Assembly (NCBI GenBank): GCA_038249465.1
Contig: JBBRWD010000003.1
Location: 102,355-166,354 of the forward strand
Length of the DNA: 64,000 nt
Direction: 5' to 3'
DNA from: Limisphaerales bacterium
GTDB lineage: Bacteria; Verrucomicrobiota; Verrucomicrobiia; Limisphaerales; JBBRWD01
Below, one piece after another: positions 45,353 to 56,019 of the stretch (position 1 is its first letter; every line of letters begins with the position of its first letter). The notes beneath the pieces were generated by a model. That model was not told the origin of the DNA. It saw nothing but the letters and a program-made list of their open reading frames with translations, and did no database searches. The position numbers and the translations under genes were made by a program.

Positions 45353-47116
45353 TCAAATCTCCATCGTGCGCACCCGCCGCACAGCCATCGTCATCGGCGC
45401 AGCGCCCAGCGCGAGGGAGAGCGTCACGAAGCCCGCCAGGCAGGCGAGCGCCTGCACCTTGTCGCCGGTCGTTGCCAGCGCCCAAGGCGCGCCCAGGGCC
45501 AGCAGGATCACCGAGCCAAGAATGTAGAGAAAGCTCAGCACGAGACAAAATGTTCCGCCGAAGCCGCTGACGATCTTGCTCGGGTTGTCCTCCTTGAAAT
45601 TTGGATAGAGCACCCCGATGCCGACGGCCAGCCCGTTGAGCGTGAGGGTCATCACCGCAATGGCCACGGCGAAGTAGGCGGTGCGGACCGCCGGCAGGTC
45701 CAGCATGTAGCACGAAAGCGAGATCAGCCCGAGGGTGATGACCAGGGACGTGCTGGCGGCGAGCCAGAACTTGGCGCGGACCACGCGCTCCAGCCCGAGA
45801 GGGGCGAGACCGACAATCCAGACGCGTTTGCCTTCGAGGGAGAACTGCGGAAAGACGAAGCGCGTGGTCAGGGTGGCGAGGTTCAACGCGCACGCGCCGA
45901 GGTTGAGGTAGGAGACCAGTTGCACCCAGAACGGATGGCTGAGTTGCAGCGTGAAGTGCGGCAGGTTGAAGATGTAAACGCCAAGCAGGCCGAAGAGCAT
46001 GAGCGACTGGGCCCATTGCGTGGTGTCGCGCCAGAACATGCGCAGATCCTTCACCAAAAGCGCGCGGATATCCGTCGGCAATCCCGGCACCCACTTCGCC
46101 AGACGTTCGGCCAGGCCGGGGGCGCCGTCGCGCGCTTCCGTGCGGGAGAAGGTGCGGGCGCCCGTCCGTTGCCAGCGATCGAACACGCCGCCGCGGCTAT
46201 GAACGGCGGAGGAGGCGCTGTAAAAAAGGCCGCCCATGCGCGTGCCGGCGAGCAATCCGAAAAACGCCACGTAGCTCAGCAGCATCAGCGTGAAGAAGCC
46301 CACCGCCGACCAAATGCCGTCCTGCCAGCCAAGCAGCCCAGACGACAACCAGAAACTCGGGAGAAATGGGAATTCGGCAAAGCGCGTCTTGGCGAGCATT
46401 TTGTCGAGCACCGTGGCAACGTGATCCGAGCCGGGGTCACTGGCATCGTCCTTGAATCCGAGCCAGTAGGCCGCCCATCCAATCAGCGCCGCCAGCGCAA
46501 AAAAGATGATGATCTGAAACGCCCTGCGGTCGAGGTAGCGCGCCAGGTTGACCGCCAGGAAGGATCCCAGCAGCGCCGGCAGCGCGATAAACAAGGCCAG
46601 CAGCGCCAGCGTGCCCGCGTAAAAATGCCACGGCACCCCGCGAGTCAAGCCGTATGCCCCGACCAGCGGCGCAATGAGAAACAGAAACGCCCACGACGCC
46701 ACCAGCGCGGATTCGATCAGCTTCCACTGGAAGATGGTGTGCGTGGAGACGGGCATGGTGAGCAGGAACGACGTCTCGCGATTCCGGAACAGGTTTGAAT
46801 AGCTGACGATGAGATTGCTCAACAGGAGCAGGATGAAGAGCATGGCGAACAGCAGGAACAACAGCCGCTCGACGAGCAACAATCCCATTCCCGGAAAGCG
46901 CAGGATGAACCGCAGCCCCTCGTAAAAAAGCCAGAAAGAGATGCCGAGATAGCCGACGATGAAGGCAAGCACGACCGCAGTGAGCAGGCGCGACTGCTCG
47001 CGCAGCGAGGTGAACCGACGCCAGAATGTCAGGGCGTTGACGCGTAGCAACAGGATCAGCGGGGGCGGAGCGCCGGCCGCGCCCGGCGTTGATCCGATCT
47101 GACGGGTGCCGTTCAC
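45353..47116 (-). CDS. polytopic integral membrane protein (putative ABC-exporter-like permease)
   Basis: 587-aa ORF with 12 or more hydrophobic helices. No ATPase motif. The start is uncertain. Confidence 0.45.
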   Translation of the reverse strand: MNGTRQIGSTPGAAGAPPPLILLLRVNALTFWRRFTSLREQSRLLTAVVLAFIVGYLGISFWLFYEGLRFILRFPGMGLLLVERLLFLLFAMLFILLLLSNLIVSYSNLFRNRETSFLLTMPVSTHTIFQWKLIESALVASWAFLFLIAPLVGAYGLTRGVPWHFYAGTLALLALFIALPALLGSFLAVNLARYLDRRAFQIIIFFALAALIGWAAYWLGFKDDASDPGSDHVATVLDKMLAKTRFAEFPFLPSFWLSSGLLGWQDGIWSAVGFFTLMLLSYVAFFGLLAGTRMGGLFYSASSAVHSRGGVFDRWQRTGARTFSRTEARDGAPGLAERLAKWVPGLPTDIRALLVKDLRMFWRDTTQWAQSLMLFGLLGVYIFNLPHFTLQLSHPFWVQLVSYLNLGACALNLATLTTRFVFPQFSLEGKRVWIVGLAPLGLERVVRAKFWLAASTSLVITLGLISLSCYMLDLPAVRTAYFAVAIAVMTLTLNGLAVGIGVLYPNFKEDNPSKIVSGFGGTFCLVLSFLYILGSVILLALGAPWALATTGDKVQALACLAGFVTLSLALGAAPMTMAVRRVRTMEI

Positions 47117-47389
47117 GAAGTGAATCTTCGGTGCGCGCCGAACCGGCGCAAGCGATTTGATCAGGCGCGGGCAGGGTCAGGCACAACGCCGGTTTCCAAA
47201 ACGGCCGAATCGCGGATACTCCAACCCGCCTCAGCGTCACCCTGCGCGGCTTCGGCAGATCCCGATATTGCCCATGGGCGCCGGAACGCCGTGCGCAAAA
47301 ACTCCTTGGCAGCGCGAGCGCGTCAGCCAACCTTCCTGCGCGACACGATGACCGGTTCAGTCCGCCAGATTCCAGACGCGCACCACGCC

Positions 47390-48406
47390 ATGACCACTCC
47401 CCGGCGCCTGCCAGTGGGGGTGATCATCCCCACGTACAATTGCGCCGCGCACATGCCCGCGCATCTCGCGGCGCTCAAAGAGTGGCTTGATCTCGCGCAG
47501 GAGGTGGTGGTGGTGGACAGCGAATCCACCGACGGCACGCTGGAGCTGCTTCAGACGGGGCTGGCGCATCCGCATCTCAGATTTTTTACGCGGCCGCGGG
47601 GGCTTTATCAGGCGTGGAACTTCGGCATCGCGCAACTGACAAGCGAGTTCACCTACGTTTCGACGGCGGGCGACACCATTACGCGCGAAGGCATCACGCA
47701 TCTGGTCGAGACGGCGCAACGCCTCGGCAGCGACGTGCTCATCAGCCCGCCGAAATTGATTCCCGAGGCTGGCGTGAAGCAGCCAGAAAACGACTGGCCG
47801 GTGCATCGCATCCTCGCGGAATTGAACCTCCGCGCGCCCGCCGTGCTGCGGCGCAGCCGGGTGCTGCATTTCGCCATCGACCACGCGCTGCATGTGCTCG
47901 GGATTCTCGGCAGTTCGGCGAGCAATCTCTACCGCACCGCACCGCTCCAGGAGCGGCCGTTCCCGGACGATTGCGGCCATGCCGGCGACGTGGGGTGGGG
48001 CGTGCGCCACGCGCTGGATGCGACGTTCGCGCTCACGCCGGAATGTTGCTCGACCTTCTTGATTCATCCCGTGACGCACACCGAGCAGCAGAAGAGGTTT
48101 TATCTCCAGCTCCAGTCGCGCGCGCCGGAATGGGCACGGGAGGCGTTGCGCGCGGCGGTGGCCGACGGTCCGCCCGCCGACGCGGCCGAACTGGAGATCG
48201 TGGGCGAGTATCTCGGCGCGGTGACAGCCTTCGTGGCCGACAAGGATCGCGTCCACAAGCTGCGCGACCGCCATCGATTCTGGTCCCTGTATCCGTCGGT
48301 GTGGCGCGTTCGGCAGACGCGCAACCGGCATCGTCGTCACGCGGAGGCACTGGCCGCGCGGCTCCGACAGTTTCCAGCGATTGGCACGAGCAGCGCCTCA
48401 GCGTGA
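47390..48406 (+). CDS. family-2 glycosyltransferase
   Basis: 'LPVGVIIPTYNCAAHMPAHLAALKEW...VVVVDSESTDGT', the GT-A N-terminal signature with the DxD/DSxS region. The start was chosen at 'MTTPRRL'; an alternative ATG lies at 47348. Confidence 0.6.
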   Translation: MTTPRRLPVGVIIPTYNCAAHMPAHLAALKEWLDLAQEVVVVDSESTDGTLELLQTGLAHPHLRFFTRPRGLYQAWNFGIAQLTSEFTYVSTAGDTITREGITHLVETAQRLGSDVLISPPKLIPEAGVKQPENDWPVHRILAELNLRAPAVLRRSRVLHFAIDHALHVLGILGSSASNLYRTAPLQERPFPDDCGHAGDVGWGVRHALDATFALTPECCSTFLIHPVTHTEQQKRFYLQLQSRAPEWAREALRAAVADGPPADAAELEIVGEYLGAVTAFVADKDRVHKLRDRHRFWSLYPSVWRVRQTRNRHRRHAEALAARLRQFPAIGTSSASA

Positions 48407-48447
48407 TCCCGCAGGTCTGCCCCACGCCTCGCCGGCTGGTGTTCTCC

Positions 48448-49470
48448 TCAATCCTCGCTCCGACCGCCTGCTGCGTCGCGAGCGGCTTCAATCTGTTTTT
48501 GCGTGGGTGTCTTCAGCGGATAAAGGCCCGGACAACAGCCGAACATCTCGCGAAAGGCCGTGCTGAAGTGACTCAGACTGTTGTAGCCGACCTCGAGGGC
48601 GGCTTCCGTCACGTTGCAGCGTCCGGTGCGCAGCAACTCGGCCGCGCGTTCCAGGCGCGCCTGCCGGAGAAATTGTTGAATCGTAAGACCGGTCGCCTCG
48701 GAGAACTGCCGACTCAGGTAAAACGTGCTGCAGCCCACCAACCGCCCCAGTTCCTCCAGCGACGGCGGATCGGCCAGGCGCTCGCTCAGAATCTCCCGCA
48801 CGCGACCGGCTCGCTCGCAGGCGGCGCATTGCTGGCGCGTGCAAAACAATTCTCCTTCCGGCGGACAAAAGAATGATTGCGCCGCCAATTCCAGCGCCTT
48901 GCACCGAAACCAAGTTTCCTGCGCGGGCTTGAACACCGGGCAGTGTTGGAGGCATTCCACCACCTGGAGAAAGCCGACCCCCATCGGTTCGGGAACGGTC
49001 ACGACCGACTGCCGCGCGGATTGATTGATCACGGCCTGCACGCAAGGGTGGAGATGCCGCGCCTCGCTCTGCAAATACTGCTTCAGGAATTCCACCGCGA
49101 ACTCGACGGTGATGAAACGGTGCTGTTCCTTCGCCCGCCGCCTGGCCGCGAGAGGCGGCTCGCCTTGAAAATAGAACGCGCTGGTGCGGGGCCGGAGTTT
49201 CACGGTCTGCCGCGCATCGGCCAGGGTCGCCTGCCCGTCGAGGTTGAGGCACAACTCCAGACTGCCCGGATGGAAACTGCGCGCCCAGTCCAGTTCCTCT
49301 TCCGTCTTGAAGTCGTGCCATTCAAAGCTGAAGCCCAGCGCGCGGAAATTTCCGAACAACGGACGCCAGCCCACGCCAACGGCACTCCATGCCGGCGCCT
49401 CGGTGAAGGAGGCGTCGGCAGGCGCGGGCGGCTTCGCCGGGACCGTTGAAACGGATTTCGACATCGGCAC
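48448..49470 (-). CDS. AraC-family transcriptional regulator
   Basis: C-terminal double HTH 'LEELGRLVGCSTFYLSRQFSEATGLTIQQFLRQARLERAAELLRTGRCNVTEAALEVGYNSLSHFSTAFREMFGCCP'. Confidence 0.7.
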   Translation of the reverse strand: MPMSKSVSTVPAKPPAPADASFTEAPAWSAVGVGWRPLFGNFRALGFSFEWHDFKTEEELDWARSFHPGSLELCLNLDGQATLADARQTVKLRPRTSAFYFQGEPPLAARRRAKEQHRFITVEFAVEFLKQYLQSEARHLHPCVQAVINQSARQSVVTVPEPMGVGFLQVVECLQHCPVFKPAQETWFRCKALELAAQSFFCPPEGELFCTRQQCAACERAGRVREILSERLADPPSLEELGRLVGCSTFYLSRQFSEATGLTIQQFLRQARLERAAELLRTGRCNVTEAALEVGYNSLSHFSTAFREMFGCCPGLYPLKTPTQKQIEAARDAAGGRSED

Positions 49471-49802
49471 TTACTTGCCACGTTACGGTCTTCCATGCAA
49501 GGAGGCTGAGCTTGCTGCCTGCAATGGAGACGAGATGCTCCCGGACGTGACGGCAAGCGGAACAGGGACTCTCTGGCTGTCGGCTGCCTGCGCGCCCAAG
49601 GGTCTGGACTGCGGGGATCGAAAGTGCGCGCGCTTTGCGAACACCACGCGATGACCAAGCGCCAGCGGGCTTACCGGGAACTGGCGAAGCGTTCACCAGA
49701 GGGCGCGACAACGAGGAGACTGGTTCTTTCTCTCAACGATCACAGGCTTGAATAGAGGCATTTCCATTCCAGTCGAGTCTTGCTCGCAGCAACAGCAACC
49801 GA

Positions 49803-50141
49803 ATGCGTGTCTTTTCTTCATGCGCGACGCAGTGGATTGCCGGCAGAATCGCCGGGGTGATGCTTCTGATTGCCCTGGTCCTGGGGCTGGACCTCGCTGC
49901 CAGTTGCAGCACGCTGCACCAGAGGCTCTGTCCGAACGCCGGGAAGCAGGACGATGCCTGCGCCATCGCGGCGTTTGCCGGAGGCGCCTGCCCGAGTTCT
50001 ATCGCGCCTCTGCTCCTGACGGCCGTGGTCCCGATGCTGATTTGGGCCACCCGCTGGACCGACGAAGATGTCCCTTCCGTTCCCATCTTCCAACTGGCGC
50101 CCTCGCGCGCTCCACCCCGGGCAGTGCAGCTTCCGGGCTGA
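49803..50141 (+). CDS. small two-TM Cys-containing membrane protein (paralog of 57866..58210), upstream of the phosphoesterase gene
   Basis: 'RIAGVMLLIALVLGLDLAASCSTLHQRLCPNAGKQDDACAIAAFAGGAC...IFQLAPSRAPPRAV' aligns closely with the protein encoded at 57866..58210. Confidence 0.35.
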   Translation: MRVFSSCATQWIAGRIAGVMLLIALVLGLDLAASCSTLHQRLCPNAGKQDDACAIAAFAGGACPSSIAPLLLTAVVPMLIWATRWTDEDVPSVPIFQLAPSRAPPRAVQLPG

Positions 50142-50296
50142 GTCTGCCTCCTTCGGTCACGCTCAGCTGCTGATTTTGCGAAGAGCGAAACCCCCGGCTG
50201 TCGCGGACAGGCAGCCGGTGCGCGGGTGATAATTTTTCCGCCGCCACAGACGGTCATTTCCTCCCATCGCACGAAAACTTTTTGAATTAACGCAGC

Positions 50297-53143
50297 ATGA
50301 ACTCCTTTCCCCATCGACATTTTGGGTCGCAGCTCGCGGCCATGTTCCTCCTGATGCAAACGTGCGCGGTCCTCAACGCGCGGGAGCCATTGGGATCCCT
50401 CAAGCCCACGAATGCCGTGGGGCGCATCGGGCACGACCTCTTCGCCACGCCGACCGGGCAGTTGCTCACGCCCGCCGGGCGTCAGGTCGAGTTGCCAAAG
50501 ATGCGACCGCAGGCGCTGGCACTCAGCCCGGATGGCAGGTTGCTTGTCACCTCAGGACGGGCGGGCAAACTGGTGGTCATCGATGCGGCCAGCGGCCTTA
50601 TTGTACAAAACGTCGCGCTGTCCACCAACAAGGCCGAAGTCGAGGGAACGATTGGCGATCCGACGTCTTCCGCCACCCCGGCCCCACCCACCAACGCGCC
50701 AGCCGCGGACACCAACAAGGTTGCCGCTACGGCCGCTGGGGGAACAAACACCGTCACCACAACGAACGCGGTCTCCGGATCAAAAACCAACGCCACTCCC
50801 AGAGCCGAGCCCAAACCTGGGAGTCCGTTGTTGAGCCTCACCGGCCTGACCTTCTCGCCTGATGGTCGGCGCATTTACCTCTCAAGCGTGGGGGGAACGG
50901 TGCGGGTGTTCGCCGTGGACAAACGTCAGAGGGTGACCAATCTTGCCCGCTATTTCGTGCCTCCAGCCAGGGCGCCGAAGCGAAGGGAAGAAGTCCCCGC
51001 CGGCCTGGCCGTCTCGGCGAATGGCCGGCAGCTTTACGTGGTGGCCAACCTCGGCAACCGGCTGCACGAAATGGATGCGGCCACCGGCAAGCTCCTGCGC
51101 TCCTGGGATACGGGTGTGGCGCCTTACGATGTGGTTCTCGCCGCCGGCAAGGCGTATGTCAGCAACATGGGCGGGCGCCGCCCGGGGACCAATGCGCCCA
51201 CTGCATCGGCGGGACGCGGCATGACGGTGCGGGTGGATCCCGTGCGGCACATCGCCAATGAAGGTTCGGTGACAGTGGTGGATCTCAAGACTGGCAAGGT
51301 GAAAACCGAGATCCTCGTGGAACTGCACGCCTCAGCACTGGCGGTTTCCCCCGACAGGCGCCACGTCGTCGTGGCCAACACGGGCAGCGACACCTTGAGC
51401 GTGATCGACACGCGGACCGATGCCGTGGTGGAGAAGATTTGGATGCGCCAGGCGCCGGGCGAACCGTTCGGCGCGCAGCCCAACGCCCTGGCGTTCGACC
51501 GCACCGGCCAACGGCTCTATGTCTGCAATGGCACGCAAAACGCGGTGGCGGTGGTCCAATTCGAACCGGAGGAGAAGGAGTCCAAGCTCATCGGATTGAT
51601 CCCCACGGGCTGGTTTCCCGGAGCCATCCAATTCGATCATCGCCGAAACATCCTGTGCGTCGCCAATATCAAGGGCGCCGGCTCCACGCGCATTCTCAAG
51701 CCCGGCGACAAGGTCCGCTTCAACTCCAAGGATTTCTTCGGCACGCTCTCGCTGATCCCCCTGCCCTCCGACAAAAGCCTGGCCAGCCAGACCGATCTGG
51801 CCCTGGCCAACATGCGTTACCCCAGAATCGCGGAAGCGAAACTGCCGGCGCGCCCCGGCCAACCGCCGCGCCCGGTGCCGGAGCGGGTCGGCGAACCCAG
51901 CGTGTTCAAGCACGTCATCTACGTGGTGAAGGAGAACCGCACCTATGATCAGGTTCTGGGCGACATGAAGGAGGGAAACGGGCACAGCAACCTCTGCATT
52001 TTCGGGGAGGAGTACACGCCCAATCAGCACAAAATCGCCCGCGAATTCGTCCTGCTGGACAACACGTATTGCTCTGGCGTGCAAAGCGCCGACGGGCACC
52101 AATGGGCGGATAGCGCCATCGCCAATGCCTACATGGAGCGCCAGATCAGCGCCGATTTTCCGCGCAGCTATCCCGGCGGCAAGACCCGGGATGACAACGA
52201 CGCGCTCGCCTGGGCTTCCTCCGGTTTCATCTGGGACAACGTGCTGGCCCACGGAAAGACCTTCCGCAACTACGGTGAGTGGATGATGTCCCGGGCGAAC
52301 TGGCGAAATCCGGCCCGCCACAAGGACAAGGTGGCTTGGACGAATTTCTGGAACGACTACGCGCACGGCAGCAACTCCACCCGGCTCGAATCGCGGGTGG
52401 CCATTGAATCGATGCGCCCCCATGGCAACACCAACACGGTGGGCTGGGATTTGAACGTGCCCGACCAGATGCGCGCCGCGGAGTTCATCAAGGAACTCCG
52501 CCGCTACGAAACCAACGGCGGATTCCCGAACTTCATCTACGTGTTTCTCCCCAACGACCACACCGGCGGCACCGACAGCAAGCTGCCCACGCCGGGCGCG
52601 ATGGTGGCCGACAACGATCTCGCGTTCGGCAAAATCGTCGAGGCCGTCAGCCGCAGCCGGTTCTGGCCGGAGACGTGCATCTTCGCCATTGAAGACGATC
52701 CGCAGGACGGCTGGGATCACGTCAGCGGTTACCGGACGACCTGTTACGTGGTCAGCCCCTACACCAAGCGCCGGCAAACCATCAGCACTCAGTACAACCA
52801 GCCCGGCGTGATGCGAACGATGGAGTTGATCCTTGGCCTGCCGCCCATGAACCAGATGGACGCCACCGCCACGCCGATGAGCGACTGCTTCGTGGACACC
52901 GCCACCCTGACACCCTTCACCAGTGTGGCCAACCGCGTTCCTCTCGATCAGATGAATCCTCCGCCCAAGAAGGTCAAAGATCCCGTCAAGAAGAAGGATG
53001 CCATCAAGTCCGCGAAGCTCCCGCTGGATGAAGTGGATCGCTGTCCCGAGGACGTCTTCAACCGCATTCTCTGGCGCGCGATGAAGGGAACGCAAACCCC
53101 ATACCCCGAGTGGGCCGTGACCGCCGGGGATGACGATGACTGA
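50297..53143 (+). CDS. secreted fusion protein: N-terminal YVTN/NHL-type beta-propeller + C-terminal phosphoesterase (PLC/AcpA family)
   Basis: Signal peptide. Propeller repeats ('[27 protein letters not shown]', '[22 protein letters not shown]'). Phosphoesterase-family hallmark '[17 protein letters not shown]' and '[14 protein letters not shown]'. Confidence 0.65.
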   Translation: MNSFPHRHFGSQLAAMFLLMQTCAVLNAREPLGSLKPTNAVGRIGHDLFATPTGQLLTPAGRQVELPKMRPQALALSPDGRLLVTSGRAGKLVVIDAASGLIVQNVALSTNKAEVEGTIGDPTSSATPAPPTNAPAADTNKVAATAAGGTNTVTTTNAVSGSKTNATPRAEPKPGSPLLSLTGLTFSPDGRRIYLSSVGGTVRVFAVDKRQRVTNLARYFVPPARAPKRREEVPAGLAVSANGRQLYVVANLGNRLHEMDAATGKLLRSWDTGVAPYDVVLAAGKAYVSNMGGRRPGTNAPTASAGRGMTVRVDPVRHIANEGSVTVVDLKTGKVKTEILVELHASALAVSPDRRHVVVANTGSDTLSVIDTRTDAVVEKIWMRQAPGEPFGAQPNALAFDRTGQRLYVCNGTQNAVAVVQFEPEEKESKLIGLIPTGWFPGAIQFDHRRNILCVANIKGAGSTRILKPGDKVRFNSKDFFGTLSLIPLPSDKSLASQTDLALANMRYPRIAEAKLPARPGQPPRPVPERVGEPSVFKHVIYVVKENRTYDQVLGDMKEGNGHSNLCIFGEEYTPNQHKIAREFVLLDNTYCSGVQSADGHQWADSAIANAYMERQISADFPRSYPGGKTRDDNDALAWASSGFIWDNVLAHGKTFRNYGEWMMSRANWRNPARHKDKVAWTNFWNDYAHGSNSTRLESRVAIESMRPHGNTNTVGWDLNVPDQMRAAEFIKELRRYETNGGFPNFIYVFLPNDHTGGTDSKLPTPGAMVADNDLAFGKIVEAVSRSRFWPETCIFAIEDDPQDGWDHVSGYRTTCYVVSPYTKRRQTISTQYNQPGVMRTMELILGLPPMNQMDATATPMSDCFVDTATLTPFTSVANRVPLDQMNPPPKKVKDPVKKKDAIKSAKLPLDEVDRCPEDVFNRILWRAMKGTQTPYPEWAVTAGDDDD

Positions 53144-53171
53144 AGTGGCTCGCACCAAACAAAACGGAGCC

Positions 53172-53870
53172 ATGCGGCTCCACGGCTTCACCCTGATCGA
53201 GTTGCTGGTGGTGGTCGCCATCATCGCGATTCTCGCCGGACTGCTTCTGCCGGCGCTGGCCAAGGCGAAGAATCGCGCCCGGCGCGCCGCCTGTCTCTCC
53301 AACCTCCGCCAAATCGGCTATGCCGCCGCGATGTACACGGATGAAAGCGACGGGCGGATGCCTTGGATCGCCGATGCCGATCTGCAACTGACCCCGCCGG
53401 TGGACTCGTCCGGCAAGCGCTACGCCTCGATGGGTTCCTTCATGCCGTTGTTGAATGTCTATCTCGACCAGCCGGAGGTTTTCATCTGTCCGCCCGTGGG
53501 ATTGATCAACACCGATGACTGGCGGGCGCACTTCGCCGGTCCCTGGCGCGAGGGCGGCACCAACTTTCCGGAGAGGGGCTGGGCCAATTACATCAGCGAT
53601 AAACTGGCCGAACTCGATCCCACCAAGTCGCGCTACCTGCGGGGCCGCACGCCGGAAAGTCTGACCAGCGTGCGCGCCAGTACCGTCTCGGATGAGGAAT
53701 GGCTCATCAGTCCGTTTTTCGAAAAAAGCTGGTGGAGTGGATTTCGGACTGCCTGGTCTTGGGGCGCAAGTGAGCCGCCGGCAAAGGGCTGGTCCGCGCA
53801 TAATGGCGGGCGCAACCAGCTGTTCCTCGACATGCACGCGGATTGGGCCAGGCGGGACATTGATCCCTGA
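53172..53870 (+). CDS. prepilin-type N-terminal cleavage/methylation domain protein with H-X9-D(G)-like C-terminus (pseudopilin-like)
   Basis: '[38 protein letters not shown]' is the class III signal. The C-terminal '[16 protein letters not shown]' resembles the H-X9-DG family. It overlaps the upstream gene by 14 nt, suggesting co-transcription. Confidence 0.6.
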   Translation: MRLHGFTLIELLVVVAIIAILAGLLLPALAKAKNRARRAACLSNLRQIGYAAAMYTDESDGRMPWIADADLQLTPPVDSSGKRYASMGSFMPLLNVYLDQPEVFICPPVGLINTDDWRAHFAGPWREGGTNFPERGWANYISDKLAELDPTKSRYLRGRTPESLTSVRASTVSDEEWLISPFFEKSWWSGFRTAWSWGASEPPAKGWSAHNGGRNQLFLDMHADWARRDIDP

Positions 53871-53954
53871 GCCCTGTCGCGCTGAGGAACAACCCCCCAT
53901 GGTGCCGGACCGTCGCAATGTAAAGCCGGCACGGCTGTTCGAGGCATTGGCTCA

Positions 53955-54093
53955 TGAACCAATCAACCGCAGATGAACGCAGGTAAATTCCTCAAGGTCG
54001 GGGTTCCGTACGGAAAGGGCCCTTCACCCGCGATGTGAGTGGATCTGGATCTGCAAACCACTCGTCATCTGCGTTCCACTGCGGTTCAACTGC
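53955..54093. repeat. palindromic repeat family D, copy 2
   Basis: Left arm 'aaccgcagatgaacgcagg' and right arm 'cgtcatctgcgttccactgcggttcaactgc'. Same termini as copy 1, different internal sequence. Confidence 0.5.
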
Positions 54094-54325
54094 TCTGTAT
54101 CTACGTGCCATGCTGCGCTGGATCGCTTGCATCCTTCTCCTCGCGCAACGACTGGGACCACTCGCCCTGGTCACGGCGGAGGGACATGTGCTGGTGGTTG
54201 GCGTGGCTGGTTGGCTGGCGCCCAAGAACTGGCCGGGCGGAATGCCGCCGATCACCCTGCTGGCGTTCCTCGCGGTGGCCGTGCCGCTGATGCTTCGGGC
54301 ACGACGGCGTTAAGCGGCTTGGACG

Positions 54326-56008
54326 TTACACAAGCGAATCGCCGAACGGTTCGGCGTAGCGAGCGATGTGCTCCACTTCTTCGACGTCCCACGCATCCCC
54401 TGCCATCTGCGGCAGCGAGGGATTCTCGAAGCGGATGCCGGCGAGTTGCGTGTAGTGGTCGAAGATGTCCGTGTTCTCGATCAGACCGGCGAAGCGTTCC
54501 GCCCCCGGTCCGCTGGCCAGGATGGGCACGTAGTCGGAGGTGTGCGTGTTGCCGGTGAAGCCGATGCCAAAATAGTTCGCCATCAACTGGCCGAACTGCG
54601 TGATGACCGGATTCATCTGGTCAAAGAGCGTCCAGCTATCGCCCGCGAGAACCTCGCCCAACATCAGCGCCCGCGCCCGCGGCATGTTATAGCCGGTGGT
54701 TTCGCGGACGATCGCGATGATGTCCTGCGGCGACACGAGCCAGGCGTAGTGGGGCGTCTTCTTGGCTGGCTTGGCCTTCGGATCAACCGGTTCCTTCTTT
54801 TTCGCAGCGTCGGCGAGCACCTGATCCGGGTTTTTAAAACTGGGGTGTTTGTAAGGCAGCGGTTCGTCTCCTTCCACGAGGCGAGGCGGCTCGGTCTCGA
54901 ACTTGCGCCCCGCCTTTTCGAGCCGCTTCAAAATCTCGGGATACGAGCAGCGCACGTGGCTGAGATTGGTGAAGCGCAGCGAGCTGCGCAGGTAATTGCC
55001 GCTCATTCCGTTGAGGCCCATGTTGGAGTTGGCGTGGTCGGTCGTCGCCACCACCAGCGTGTCGGGGTGCTCGCGTTGAAAAGCGAGCACCAGTTCCAGC
55101 GCCTCATCGAGCGCGATCTGATCGTGGATGGCCGCGGGCGCGTCGGAGTTGTGCGCGGCATGGTCGATGCGTGCTCCTTCCACCTGGAGGATGAACTGGT
55201 CCGAAGCCGCGAGCCGGTCGAGCGCGGCGCGGGTCATCTCGGCCAGCGTCGGAACTTTCGCGCGCAGCTTCGCATCAGTCCGGTGATCGATCTCGTAGGG
55301 CAGATGGCTGTCGGTGAAGATACCCAGCAGCCGGCCCTTGCGGTCTGCCGCCAGCAATTGTTCGCGCGTTTCCACGACGGTGTAGCCGGCTTTGCGATAC
55401 TCAGCCTTGACGTCCCGCTTGTCCTTGCGTTTGGCCTTGTCAAAGAACGGAAGGCCGCCGCCGAGCAGGATGTCCACGCGCCGGTCGAGATACTGCGTGG
55501 CGATGGTGTTGGGGTTCTCCCGGTTGACGACGGTGGCGGCAAAGCCCGCCGGCGTGGCGTGGGTGATTTCCGCCGTGGTCACCAGGGCGCGTGTCCACCC
55601 GGCGTCGGCGAACAAACTGTAAAGGGGTTTCAACTCGCGTCCATCCGGCAGCACATTGAGCGCACCGTTCAAGACCCGCGAACCGCTGCCCCAGCTCGAC
55701 GCAGCGGCCGCCGAGTCCGTCACCAGCGAATTGAGCGAGCGGGTGTTCATCAGGCCCCGCTGCGTTTCAGGTCGCTGGTAGAATTCCATCCAGGCCAGCG
55801 GGCGTTTGCGAAAGATGCGCGAGTAATGGTCCGCACAACTGAGCGTGCCGAGGCTCATCCCGTCGCTGACGACATGGATGATGCGCCGCGGCCGGCTGCC
55901 AGCGCGGGCGTTGAGGGCTTCGGCGGACTGTGCGATGTGAGGCGTGCCGGCGGCGGCGATGGCGGCGGCGGCACCCGAACGGCTGAGGAATTGACGGCGA
56001 TTGAGCAT
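54326..56008 (-). CDS. alkaline phosphatase (PhoA family), Tat-secreted
   Basis: Tat motif 'MLNRRQFLSRSGAAAAIAAAG'. 'IIHVVSDGMS' (metal-binding Asp) and active-site 'TDSAAAASSWGSG'. Confidence 0.7.
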   Translation of the reverse strand: MLNRRQFLSRSGAAAAIAAAGTPHIAQSAEALNARAGSRPRRIIHVVSDGMSLGTLSCADHYSRIFRKRPLAWMEFYQRPETQRGLMNTRSLNSLVTDSAAAASSWGSGSRVLNGALNVLPDGRELKPLYSLFADAGWTRALVTTAEITHATPAGFAATVVNRENPNTIATQYLDRRVDILLGGGLPFFDKAKRKDKRDVKAEYRKAGYTVVETREQLLAADRKGRLLGIFTDSHLPYEIDHRTDAKLRAKVPTLAEMTRAALDRLAASDQFILQVEGARIDHAAHNSDAPAAIHDQIALDEALELVLAFQREHPDTLVVATTDHANSNMGLNGMSGNYLRSSLRFTNLSHVRCSYPEILKRLEKAGRKFETEPPRLVEGDEPLPYKHPSFKNPDQVLADAAKKKEPVDPKAKPAKKTPHYAWLVSPQDIIAIVRETTGYNMPRARALMLGEVLAGDSWTLFDQMNPVITQFGQLMANYFGIGFTGNTHTSDYVPILASGPGAERFAGLIENTDIFDHYTQLAGIRFENPSLPQMAGDAWDVEEVEHIARYAEPFGDSLV

Positions 56009-56019
56009 GTGGAGGTCGG

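Noticed and set aside
49470-49803. Possible regulatory region between the AraC gene and the small Cys-membrane-protein gene (divergent promoters)
   Set aside because: No recognisable direct or inverted repeat operator or Pho-box-like motif could be identified by eye. Left unannotated.
54035-54313. Small hydrophobic ORFs (67-92 aa) overlapping repeat D2
   Set aside because: They lie mostly within a repeat element. No RBS or conservation evidence is available.
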